In this document: one piece after another, positions 25,932 to 39,400 of the stretch
How the letters are laid out: every line of letters begins with the position of its first letter
Numbering within the stretch: position 1 is the stretch's first letter
From: Trichosphaerium sp. ATCC 40318
Lineage: Eukaryota; Protista; Tubulinea
DNA: 64,000 bases
Reading direction: 5' to 3'
Assembly (NCBI GenBank): GCA_038496445.1
Contig: JALMLS010000228.1
Span: forward strand, 434,001 to 498,000
Notes under the pieces: generated by a model
What the model saw: only the letters and a program-made list of their open reading frames with translations
What the model was told of the DNA's origin: nothing
Databases searched by the model: none
Position numbers and translations under genes: made by a program

Positions 25932-26951
25932 TCGTGTTATTAAAGTGAACTATTTGGCTAAGACGGCATTTTTGTATCTACAACCTGAATCTGACTTTTC
26001 TAAATAAATCTGTACACGAAAGCATGTTTTAAGACAAACTGACTTAAAGCAAAAAAAAAAAAACCTGTTTCTGCCTGCTGAGATCTGCTTCTGACAGATC
26101 TTGCAAATGTCATTTTTTTTAATGTGATCTACCCTCAATATTCCTGTCCAGTGAATCGTTACAGAACTGCTAGTAAATTTTTGGTACACTTGTATTGGTT
26201 GAGTTCCGAGACACTTTCAAACAATTTTTCAAAAAAATCTGCGGGAGGAAGTCAAGTTTAAAGTTGTACAGCACCTCCCCAACCGATAAGCATATAACGA
26301 CCACTCTTTTCTACCGTAATATTATCGTCAGTAATATTTCTACAACAAAGTTAGTAAATAATTCTCAAATACAAAAAAAACTGCCCGTGTACTGCTGTAG
26401 GAGTGTAGTACTGCCCAGCTATTTTACACTCTTTGGTACAATATCCAAGTAGTAAGATTCGCATGTTCAAGAGGCAATGTAGCTGGATTAGCCCCAAGCC
26501 AGGAGCAGGGACAGGTACTACCATACTATAAACTGTTTTCATCTTGTTGAAAATTGCGCCAATTCACAAAGTCGAACGCTTTTTAAAAACAACACTTAAA
26601 ACCACGTGTATTATTCTACTTTACTTGACCGTTAAAAAAGAGCTACTTGCCTGTTCTACGTTCTAGCAAAGTTCAAGTACGGTTTTTTGCCTGCTAAGTA
26701 CTTAAATGCCTGTTAGGGTAGATACATTACTGCAAAGGCCTCAATCTGTACGAACTAAAAGATTGTCTCACATAATTAGTGAAACTGCGTTTTAGCTTAT
26801 TACTTTACAGCTTTTTTTTATTTTGTATAGTCCCAACGTTCTCACAAAACAGGCGCCAAAGAACCTATTTTCCTCATTTTAGACCAAAACATCGCTGACG
26901 TGCCTGTACATAAAGTGATCATTACCAACAAGAGGTTGTACAATACGAACA

Positions 26952-29323
26952 ATGACTACAGCTTTATTAAACAAGAAGCAACTCCAGAAGTTTACCATCA
27001 AAGAGCTCACAACCATGGCAACTCAATGTAACGTCACTGTTACGAATGGTTTACGTAAGACAGCGCTTGTAGATTTAGTCTTTGACGCCTGTAGCAAGGT
27101 GCGTTTGGGTTGTTCTTTTGTCGTTCAATCTAATAGAAGTAGGAAACTGACAGTACAGCTTTGACTTTGAAACAATTACAGAAGTTTACCATCAAAGAGC
27201 TCACAACCATGGCAACTCAATGTAACATCACTGTTACGAATGGTTTACGTAAGACGGCAATTGTGGATTTGATCTTTGAAGCTTGCGGAAACAAACAAAA
27301 AGGCATGTAACATCCCGATAGTTACAATCTTACCTGTACAGATGCCACAACTGCCCAAACGCAAAAAAACATGAGCGAAAGTGAGTTGTTTGAACACATG
27401 ACGGCGCTTTTTGTAGCTCAACAGAGAGAAAAAGCTACCAAGATAGTGAGGGAAGAATACGCAGAAGAGATGGCAGCCAACCAAGAAGCTATAGCGAACC
27501 TAAAAAAAAGACAGCGTGAATATGAAGAAGAAAATGAAGCTGAACATAAACGTCACAGAGCAATTGAAAACAAGAACAACCGATTGCACTTGCGATTATT
27601 GTACTCATTCAGAGATACATCCTTGAGCCAGAAAACACTCCGAGGTAACACATCGTATTACAAGTTGCAAGTACTAACATAATTGTCGTAAGGGTATCCC
27701 GCCATTGCAAATGCCATTGCTGAAGATACAATATCTCGACAGTCGTTCTGTTATCCTGAAAAATCTAACCAGTACAATGAAGCTTGTCAAAAGTTTCAAA
27801 CAGCAATATTAAAGCTGAAGTCATCTCCTCTTGATGAATTTCGTTCAGAGTTTGCATCATTTTTATCACGTGATGATATTTGTCCAAACATTTGCGCAGA
27901 TGTTGTTCCAGATGCCAAATCGTTCAATCCACCATGTTTTAGAATAACACCACAACTCAAAACTATTCGTGAACGTGATTGTACATTGTATCATCATGCT
28001 TTGGCTTGGGAGATATTGGAAGGCAACGGTACTGAGATTTATATTCCTCTTTTTGATTTTATTTGTGTTATCTTTGTTTATTATTCAATTAGTACCATTC
28101 ACTGCACACGATGAAGGTATGATATGGAGCGATATGAATACACTCCTAAAAGCACAACCTCGACGTACAACAGTGTATGGTATTCTTCAGAACTACGAGA
28201 AAATTCGATTCTTCAAAATGGTTAGAGGTGGCACTTTCACTGCAACATTTGAGTATTATGCAACGTCTGAAATGAACTTGATTGATTCAGGTACTCCTGG
28301 CAATGGATTAAAAGAACTGGTTAGTTTATTAAACTACAAACTCGGTGATCTTGGATACAATTCAAAAGTGTTTAAAATCAACGGATTCTCATGTGTACCA
28401 CGAAAAGTACTTGGATTGGGTGCTCATGGCACAGTGTACATGATGTACTTGGCCAACAATGATCCTCCAAAGTATGTTGCATTCAAGGAGTACATAGATG
28501 ATGTGGACGATCCTATAAAGCCCAAGTTGGATCGTGAAACACGAATACTGGAACTTCTGAAAGACATTCCTGGTGTTCCAAAAGTTGTCGTTCTTTTTTT
28601 TAAGTCTTGTTTTGATCGTTCTGATTTTATACCAAAGGTTGGGATTGCTCCTGGCGTCGGATTTGCCATGGATTGTATTTGCCAAGAACGTAAAGACACT
28701 CCATTCGATTTTGTAGTACTCACAAAACAAATAATCTCAACTCTTGAGCTTGTTCACAGTAAAGGTGTCGTGCACAGGTAAACAAAACTTGCTCTTTTGT
28801 TATGACAACAAACTCTTGATTTATTTATATTTTAGAGATATTTCTGCTTCGAATATCATGCTTCAACCTCAGCCGTTCGAAAAAGTACCACGATACATGT
28901 TGATTGATTGGGGATCTGCTACAACAAACACAGCACCAATGAAGATAAGTGGAGGAGCCAAGTTTTCACCTCATATGTTTGAAGAGTGGCTCCACGACAC
29001 TCCAACACATGCCTACACACCAAAGGACGACTTGTATTCTTTTATTTATGTGATGGCATACTTACACTTACCAAACAAAAATAAGGACAAAGTAGATATG
29101 GATTACGCTAAGTTTGTTGAAGCGTTTTAAAAAACAAGCCACAATGGGCTGAAATATTTAGAAACACTTGGACAGAAGTTCTACCTCGACAGTGGAACGG
29201 TGTATGGAAAAAGCAGATCTCATGGATTACAAAGGTGTCTTGGATGAAATACTCCATTGCATTTCAGGCACTCCTACAGTATATGTGTTCCCTAAGTTTG
29301 GGGCAAATAAAAATACAACGTAG
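26952..29323 (+). pseudogene. Kinase family copy E; intact until a premature stop and frameshifts in the last ~60 codons
   Basis: TAA at 29128-29130 and a missing A in TGG-AA-CGG relative to paralogs; could be homopolymer sequencing errors. Confidence 0.65.
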
Positions 29324-29599
29324 AAAAAAAAACAAAACAAGTTCTGACTGAACTCTGCCTCAATATCAATCAAACTTTTATTGTTGACAGTCCTAATCTT
29401 TCTTGACAAGGTTTCCTGCATAAATACCACTTGTAAATGTATGGTCTTAAGATATAAACACTTACTCGCGTGTTGCGTTAGAGCCACAGAGGTATGGATG
29501 CTCGAATTGCTTTGTGCTAGGATGTACGTATTGTACAAAACTCATGTACGGAAAGTTGTAGAAATCCATCAACGAGCGAATACGTATTGACCTTTTGCA

Positions 29600-29890
29600 G
29601 TATACACAGCTGCTAACGTCTTTCCAATACCGCCGTCGCCTACAAAATGCATATAGAGCTGTTGTTGTTTGGTTTTAGTCAGGAACATATTATCATCTGA
29701 ATAGCGTCTGGTTGACCAAAACATTGTTTGTGCTTGTCTCGATTGCGTGTGGCTAGAGCGTAATTAGCATGTTTCGATGTCTTATGCTGCCAGTACCATT
29801 TCGTGCGAATGGATCATGGCCCAGAAGCTTATACATGCCTTTAATAGCTACCAGAGCCTTTTGATGTTGTTAACGTGAGAAACGCTTACA
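29600..29890 (-). pseudogene. Decayed torsin-like copy 3
   Basis: Recognisable DP..RN, FGQPDAIQMI and Walker A GDGGIGKT with many small deletions. Confidence 0.75.
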
Positions 29891-30376
29891 GCAAGTTACT
29901 AAATATGGCGGCATGCCTAAATACGAAATATTCCAACCACACGTTGCCCATAGATCAAACTCTGTACCACCCCAATGAAAGATAAATGTATAGTTGCGTC
30001 TAGCTAATTTCAAGCCTTAGAGTCCGTTGTGACTTACATGCCTAAATAGGAGATATTCTTCCCATACTTAAAATAGAAATTATCCGACTATCTCACTCAT
30101 TAAACTCTGCACCATCTCAGCTTTCGAAGGTGAGTGTTGTAGATATTAACTACACCTCATACGTTTGTTTGTGGGTAAACCCGAACTCGCAGATGGACAA
30201 ACCATAGGATTGAGCCATAGGATTATCCTGGACAGCAATGGTTTCCGAACAAGTGTTGAAATTGCATTCATATTTGCTTTGCAAATATTTGATATGATCA
30301 TGGCGGCAAAGCATATTAGACAACAAGAACAGAGAAAAAAAGCGCAACTGTTTTAAAGTTTATTCATTCTAACTAG

Positions 30377-32824
30377 TTATGGCGCACGTGCTGTACAAAA
30401 TGAAGTGAACGTGTTACAGTCCTTACAGTGTTCGTCGTTACCTGATATACATCGGAGCATTTCAGTTAAAAGACCTTTGTAGTCTGTGGCATCAGCACGT
30501 TCCAGACAACCTCTCCATTTTTGAGGGAGAGTACTTGCCCACATACTTTCGAGTTCTTGTGCAAATCCTTTCCTGTTATGATTTGATCTACCTATTTGTG
30601 CGTAGCATCCATCTATATTACTCTTGCTACCTTTTGGCAAGTGCATGTAAGCCACCACAAAAATGAGGGAGTACAAGTCATCTTTCGGTGTGTAGACATG
30701 TGGTTCATCAGCAGCCCATTCTTTGTATAATTGAGGTGAAAACCTGAAACCTCCACTTATACTTATGGGTGTGGTGTTTGTTGTAGCAGATCCCCAATCA
30801 ATCAACATATATCGTGGTTTGTCTTCAAACGGCTGAGGCTGAAGCATGATATTTGAAATAGAAATGTCTCTGATGGAGAAGTAAATATCAAACAAGAGAG
30901 AATAACACTATATACCTGTGAACAACACCTTTACTGTGAACAAGCTCAAGAGTCGAGATTATTTGTTTTGTAAGCAACACAAAATCAAAGACTACGTTTT
31001 TACGGCTTTGACAAATACAATCCATCGCAAATCCGACTCCTGGAGCAATTGTGACCTTGAATGAATTTAGCAATAAAAAACATAAGTGCAAATATGAACG
31101 TACAACTTTTGGAACACCAGGAATGTCTTTCAGAAGTTCCAGTATCTGTGTTTCATGATCCAATTTGGGCTGTACTTACTGGATCGTTCACACTTCCTAT
31201 GTACTCTTTGAACGCGACATATTTTGGAGGATCATTGCTGGCCAAGTACATCATGTACACTGTGCCATGAGCACCCAATCCAAGTACTTTTCGTGGTACA
31301 CATGAGTATCCGTTGATTTTAAACACTTTTGAAGTGTATCCAAGATCACCAAGATTGTAGTTTAATAAACTAACCAGTTGATGTAGTCCTTCAGCTGAAG
31401 CACCTGATTCTATCAAATTCAGTACAGGCGTTAAATAATAACTAGGTTCTCTGTTATGTAGGACGATTCTGAAGAATCTAATTTTCTTGTAGTTCTGAAG
31501 AATACCATACACCCTTGTACGTTGAGGTTGGGCTTTTAGTATAGCTTTCATATCACTCCACATCATTCCTTCATCATGTGGAGTGAATAAAGCTAATAAA
31601 ATCATTAGCATGTGACCATATAAATGTGAGGTTTTAAAGCGACATACTGTTGCCTTCCAATATCTCCCACGCCACAACATGATGATACAATGTATAGTCT
31701 CGTACACGAATCACAGTTTTGAGTTGAGATGTTATTCGAAAACATGGTGGATTGAACGATTTGGCATCTGGAACGACATCTGCACGAATGTTTGGACAAA
31801 TATCATCACATGATAAAAATGATGCAAACTCTGCTCTATATTTGTCAAGAGGAGATGACTTAAGCTTCAGTACTATTGTTTGAAACTTTTGACAGGCTTC
31901 AATGTGTTGTTTAGACTTATCAGGGAAGCAAAACGAGTATTGATGTATTAAGTCTTGGGCAATAGCATTGGCAATTGCAGGATACCCTTTGACAGGTGTG
32001 AGATAATAAGTCAAGTTTAGCTAGAATACATTAAACCTATACCTTGTATTGTTCTCCTACTCAAGGATAAATCTCTCATAGAATACAGCAATTGCAAAAC
32101 AAAACGTGTATTCGTGTTTTCTTCTGTTTTCCGACGTTTACATTCATCTACGCTTTCCTCTCTATCCCTGAGCCTTTTCCTGTCACCTTCCTCTTCAGTT
32201 TTCTGGTTTTCATTAAGCTTGTTGAACAAAGCGAACAATTCTTCTTTGTATTGTTCCCTTACTGTAGCTTCAATCTTCTGTTTCAATGACTTCTCAAAAT
32301 ACTTAAGTATGGCTTGGGCTTCGGGCGTTTGGTATTCAGGTGGTAGGCATCACTTCCTTGCTTTCTAGGGATTAAAGGTAGGACTGCAGGCTCAGATTCT
32401 AGAATGAAGGTGTTACTGTACAAGAAGGTGAATACAAAACGAGCTTGATCATTTATTGTAAAATGGGAGTACCTTTCTGTTTGTTACAGGAATCAAATAT
32501 CAAATCTATAAGCGCTGTCTTATGAATACCTTGTGTAACAGTGATACCACACCGAGATGCCAAGGATGTAAGTTCTTTGATGGTGAGTTTGTGCAATTGC
32601 TTTTTGGTCAAAGCTGTACTCAGTTCATTCTAGAAAGTCATTGGCAAAACCTTACAACGATGGTAACTTGCCTTATTGTTGACATGAGCAGTACAGATCA
32701 AATCTACAAGTGCTGCCTTACGCAGACCGTTTGTAATACTTATATCGCACTGAGCTGCAATGCCTGCCAGCTCATTAATTGTGAACTTGTGGAATTGCTT
32801 CTTGTTTAATAAATTTGTGGTCAT
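30377..32824 (-). pseudogene. Kinase family copy F, disrupted
   Basis: Full exon set, but a 4-bp duplication (TACTTACT, 31173-31180) frameshifts the N-lobe, and in-frame stops lie near 32350-32402. Confidence 0.8.
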
Positions 32825-33477
32825 TGCACTGTGTAGCAGTAAGTGCAACGAGAAAAAAGCGAAATACCATATCAAGAAGCAACAAATACATAAAACGGTG
32901 TTTTTATCTTAGTTTTGGTGCGTTCTATGTACCTTGACACCTTTTCGTACTGTAGGTATGTAGTTGTAAGACAATTACCTCAAAACAACGCTAAAATACT
33001 GTTTTCGCTATTGAATAGTTAACACAACGCGTAAATACTGTTTTCAGTATAAATCGGCGTCTAAGGACGAATTTAGCTTATTGAACAAACAAGAGTGCAG
33101 TTAACGAACTGTTCTACGTTTATAACTTACTAGTTCAATACTTGACAATTAAACCAAGTCGTTAGCCCGTTGTCACAGTTTTTTGGTTTGTTTTAAGGTC
33201 TGAACTTGTCTGGTTTTGAAATCTGTCACACGGACGAAAGATGACTTAAATATTCTCGCTGTAACAACAGACGGCAAAGCAAGAAAAAGCTATAATTTGA
33301 GTTTATACCAATGAGCTTTTTTTTTTTGAACAAGTTTAATCGATCTCTTATTTACACAGATTATTCTTACAAAGCGAAAACCCTTTCAACCCATTCACCA
33401 AAAAATTACAAGAAAAAAAAAGGAAAAAAAAAAGAGAGAAGGAAAAAAGAACTATTCTTCCTCTTTTTTTCTTCTGG

Positions 33478-36400
33478 TCAGCGATATCCAGTCTGGTTCG
33501 TGTTGTCCTTGTGATAACGCTTTTCTTGTGGCCCAGAAATACGTCCATTATAATTTTCTAGACTACGTTTTATACCATGTCGTTCTAGAAGAGGTTTTTC
33601 CTGAACAGGAGTAGCTTTTTTCTGGCTTGAATTGAAAAGTCTTTCAGCGAAAGTTTGTCCTCTCTTTTTAACCTGAGATGCACCAATAGCACTAAATAAT
33701 GGACTCTCCTTGGCACCCTAGTTTTAAAATAATCAATATGGGTTCAGTTACAAGTAGAGAGTGTGGTAGTGAACAAAATGTAAAAGAACACCAATAAATT
33801 ACCTGTAGAACAATCCAAGGATCAATTCCTGTAGGATACGTGTGTAAAGCGCTGACACGCTCTTTTACAACCAGGGGTGGTAATACATGCTCTAAACGGA
33901 GTTGTATACCCTCACCAAATTTCTTTTGTTTAAAATGTTCCTACAAGAGTTTGTTAATCAAATAAAGACAAAACACGAAAAAGTCGGTAATTCCAAAAAA
34001 TTGATTGCATTTTCATAGTCACGTGGTACTCCTTTTGGAAGTATTTATGTGCACTGTTGCACATACCTTGATTTTACGTTTAATCTTATCGTTGGTAACG
34101 ACAATCTGTTTAAAACTAGCCAGCATGTCAACAAGCAGAGTAATCAATTCATCACCTAATAAAAACAAATGAGTCTAACTGAAAAGAGGCACCTGAGGTA
34201 AGGTGAGTATTTATGTTCTTTTGCGTACGTTGATTACCACCGTTATAATTAGTTACTATAGGCATAGTCAAAAGGTCCATTAGGCTAGACATGAATCTCC
34301 AAGGAAAGTCTTGTGAAATATCAGTTGGTTTGGAAGCCATCTGTCGAATACTTGGAAGTAGTATCCTTAGGTATACACAAAGAATATCTCTTTGTCTAAG
34401 AATTGAGACAAGATCTCTTTGACCTGTTATACGATGATCCTTATGTATACTATCACTTTTTATAAAAGCTTCAAGACGCGCAAGAAGACTTTCAATAAAC
34501 TTATTTAATTCAATGTCCTTAGGATGTATCTTGGTAACAACAGGTAGAACAATATCCAAGAAAGCTAAAGAGAACTGTGAGAACACATAGGAAACATCTA
34601 ACAGTTATGAGGATATTTAAATCGCATACCTCGTGCTACCATGATTGAGAGATTCTCAGGCAAGTTCGAGTCCTGAAAGCAATTCCGTTAGGCATAAATA
34701 AAGATTATGCTACTACTTACTGGTGGTCTAGGCTCATCTGTAGGTGTAGGAGGCGTCAACGGTTCGCGAAAACTGAGAGGAATCCTGGAGTTATTGAGAT
34801 GAATTTTATAATGACGATTTTAAACCGTCGAAACAATGGTAAATACGTACGATAATTGTTTAAGCCTATTTTTGAGCTGAGATTTTCCTTGGAGTAGATC
34901 ACTTGTATCTAGTATCCTCTGTGTAGCTTTAAGTATCTCAGTTGGCGCCAAAACGAGTTTATTAAGCATCCAACCAAATATTACTGAGCTGTTCGGTCGA
35001 TAAACGATCTGTTCAATCACATTAGTTCGGACTCAAAAAAAAAAAATCAAAAACTGTTTTTATGGCAACAAAAGGCAAGTAAATCGAGGATTCTAGCCCT
35101 TTCGTTAGATCCAAGAACATGACGTCATATTATATCATATTTTGAAGAAGAAAACTACGTACTCTGTACAAAATGAGCTCAATAACAGAGCGAATAGAGT
35201 TATCACTTTCTTTTAGCTCTGCATGCTTACAATTAAGTAACCACCACCAATGATCAATACATAACTGAAGTTCTAACCATGCCTTGCTAAGAGTCCATAG
35301 ATCTGCCTTATCTATTATTTTAAGTACAGCCTTAGGTCCCTCGCTTAAGACATTTTCCTTTGATAATGTAACACCAATGTCAGCGATGCTACCTGGTCGT
35401 CGTCTTGCAAACAATCTGTTATAGACAATTGGACAGTACTCTGGATTTCTTAGAATAGTCTTAAACATTTCATAAAGATAGTGTGTATCTTCTAAGCAGA
35501 GCTGACCATTCACAAATATTTTTTCAAATCTGATCTGATCAAATGCCTGAGCATGCACACCACGATTCTCGAGTTTCTCTATAGAATAAAAGCACTGAAT
35601 AAACTCCATGATGATTTTTAGATGTTGGTCGTGGGTTGTAATGTGTAGTGACCTCATTTCCTAAGACCATAAGTTGTTTATTTGCGTTTTTTCTTTGTTT
35701 TCTATTATTTCAGAAAAAAAATCAATAAAGATTAACGTACTCGGGGTGATATTATACGCCCTATGAGATCTTTATCGAATAGAACAACGCGTAAGAATAG
35801 AATATGTACAGAGAGGTTTTCCTACGATTGAAAATAAGCACAAAAAAAATAAAGTTCGTTTTCCCGCAGTACTGTAAGTAATAAGAAAATAATGAGATGT
35901 ATTCACACAAAATATTGCATTTTCCGGAAACACGTGCCTCCGCGGTTTTGAGTTTCGCTTCCAAACTTTCCATAAGTGGTAATACAATGGTAGATAAAAA
36001 ATTGTCGAAATTTACAATGCGCTTCTCGACTAATAAGACCAAAAATGTGAAAGTAGTCTTGTAGTATTCAAAATATCCGTCTTCAGGAGAAGCGCCAGGT
36101 TGCGATTCAAGTTTGCTCTTTATGGCAAGGAGTAAAGAGTCCAATAGAACCTAATTCGTATTAATCTCTACAGACAAAATGACTGATAATGAGTCTTAGT
36201 GGCCTCTTTCAACTTGATAAGCATTACGTACTTGTTCGAAAGCAGCTGGCATGTACACAAAACGAAGTTGGATGAGCAGTTCCAAAAGTAACTCCACCTT
36301 AGGCTTAAAGTGCGGAGAGCTAAATAGTTTAAGAACAAGAAGGAATCATAGATGCTCAAACGAGCGACAAAATAGAGCACGTACCCCCTTTCTTGATCTA

Positions 36401-39400
36401 GAATACCAAACAACAAGCGAACAAGACTTTGAACTGAATTTTCGCTTGATAAATAAGGACGAAACTCCTTACAAACACAAACGATAATATTGTAATGTTC
36501 CTGCAATGATTGCGCTTGTAGTGCGGACATGAGGTCATCAATAAATTTCTTGAGTCTTGATTCATCCACAACCCGTACACAGTTCGCAGACATACCAGAG
36601 AAGCTCAGAGAGTTCTAAAAAAAACGTCACAATGTTGATCATTTAAATAAATAAAGAAAAAAGCATCAACGCACGTTTCTAGAAGCTTGTGCTGATTTGA
36701 GTAGTGCATTGGATAGCTTGGTTAGCTTAGAACGTATGAATTCGACAACTGGATAACCTGAGTTTGGTACAGTGTATTTTTGTCGAAAAGTAGCAACGTA
36801 AGCTACAATATGCGCTTTTGTTGCTTGCCCAACACCGTGTTCCTGGTACTATTTTTTTAATTAGCTTATAGTTGAACAGTAGCGCTTTCCAGCCTTTATA
36901 TATACGTACTTTGTCATTTATACAACGGAAAAGCGAGTCTGTAGCGTCCAGGCAGAAAATTGTGTATTCGAATTTTCTTAGATAACTCAATATTAACACT
37001 TCATGTTGACGTGCTCCTTTCATTAACCAAAACAGTGTTTGTATCAGAGAAGGTAGATTCGAAACTGTTTCGCATATAGACACAACATAAGGTAGAACAC
37101 GAGCCCATTTTTGAGCAGTTTGTTCAATAGCCGATGATGTAAGTCCAGTTCTAAAATAACAAAGAATATCAACAAAAATAAGAAAACATGGAAACGAAAC
37201 GAACCTTTGCTCTGAAGTAAAAACCTCCTTGAGTCTCTGTAGAACCCATTCGCTTATATACATTTGGTAGTAAATAGGTACATTTGAGAGATACTCCAAA
37301 GATGCTTCACAATCGCAAGTAGGAAGACTACAGAGTTTCTAAAAAAGAAGATCAAGTCAGAATAAAATAATATTTTCATAAAAGGGCTTCTTCTTCGTAC
37401 TTCAATACAATCATTAATCTTGGAAATACCAGTAGTGATAAAATATTCATCAGATTCTTGCAAACCATATTTACTCCCTGGTTCTGCTTCCAAGTAACCT
37501 TCAAGAGCTATTCTTCGTTGTGTACGCTCATCTGTCTCTTCGAATATTGGCATGTGTAACAGATACCGTAAATGCCGTTGTGATGGCTAATAAATGTGAG
37601 AAAAGAAAGGAAGAATAAAATGATTGCGTACACTTGGTAATTCTACGTTGTTGTCCAATGGAGCAATACCACGCGAAATAAGGCTTCTGACATATTTATT
37701 ATGAGAAAACAGTCCCTTTCTTATCAATTCTCCATAAAATCGAATCATCATTTCTTCGTCTATTGAAATAACGTCAAATTTCATCCAAATCCCACTGAGA
37801 AAGTTTTTTTTTTTTCTGACTTACCTTCTACGCTTGGAACGTATGTATTAATAAAAGACATTAAGATGTCCTGTATAAATAAATCTCTAGCTTCAAGAGT
37901 TTCTGAACGCTGCTATTAAGTGTAAAAACACAAGAACACGAACTCAACCGCGAACATCATTTTTCTGTCTTCTCAAACAAAAGCAAGAAAAATAATATTA
38001 TTTTCATTACAATAATAAAATCGTACACAAGGTATTTTTGTAAGCAGTGTAGTTACTAAAAACGCTCTATTTACATTATGAACTCTATAAAAAAAAGAAA
38101 AAATTAGCTCGAAAAACCGCGAAAGCAAAAAGCTTGTAGCCTCGCTTTGTACCTCTGCGTGGTAACTACCCATTCTAATGCTGTCCATATTACTTTACCT
38201 CGTAGTTCCTAGCGTATTTAGCGGTTCACAAAGCGTTTACTACGTATTAAAGAAAACTCACTTGTGCCATTACAGAAGGCCTAGTAATAGGCTTTGTGAA
38301 TATTTCAACTACCACCATTTTGAAATCGCGCAAGCGGAAAAATTGATCCAGAAGTTCCACAACACGAGGTAAGCATCCCTTTTGGAAATGATGAGTATTG
38401 TGATACAAATATGCTGAAGTAAAAGAAAGCCACGGACATCTCTTTTTTTCGAAGTTGGAAAAAAAACTAAAACGACTTTTTTTGATTTCTACTCGTACGC
38501 GTATGGGTTGTATTGCGTGTGTGATATTTGTACGTCTGTGCTGTATATTGTAGAATAGTATTTTATCCATAAAAGCTTGGTTCGTAGCTTCTGGGTGCTA
38601 GGATAAGAGTTTAGTTTTTCAACCAACCGAAAAAACCAAAAACTCAGTTTTGTACATTAATAATATCAAGAATATCTTCACCAGTTGTTGGAGCTTCCCT
38701 CCGTACAAGAAGATGTTTTATAGAGGAGGAAAATTCGCTCAGAACGAAAATATCAGGCGCGTGCCGAATAACCTGCTGTAGTAGACTTGTAAGTATCTCC
38801 TTACGACTACGGAGTAGTTGAGGGTGACAGTTGCTTGGTCCCCTTGCCTGTACAACACGTAAGTACCAGAGAAAATCAGGTGTTAGAATTTTGTAGTGCG
38901 ATTACGCCAAAAAAAAACCAAAAATTTGATTGATGTGATGTGACGTACAATGTTCTTGTTACAGTGATCCACAATCTTTCTTAGTTCCCTTGTCTGATTT
39001 TTACCCATAAACGGTAGGTACCGTCGAAGTATAGAGCAAACAAAACACTCTTGTAAGACATCAAGCTATAGTAATTTGTGAGATTGATGTAGTTTTTTGG
39101 AGCTTTTTTTTTAGTAAAGCGCACCCCTTTTTGTAATAGTAGTACAAGAGCTAGAAACAGCGTCTCTCTATTCAATAAAAATTAGAGGAAGGTCCTAGAG
39201 TATTTTTTGCTACTTGTAGCAATGTGTAGAGTCAAAAATAAGAGTTTTTCAAATTTCCAAAGTGTATGACGTACATGTCAACTAAACCTTCATTATTTGT
39301 CCATTCAAGCAAGTGACATATATATTCAAAACGAAAAGCCAAGCTAGCTATTTTTTTATTATCAGATGAAATAGCTAAGAAGAAGTTAGTTTTTATAGTA

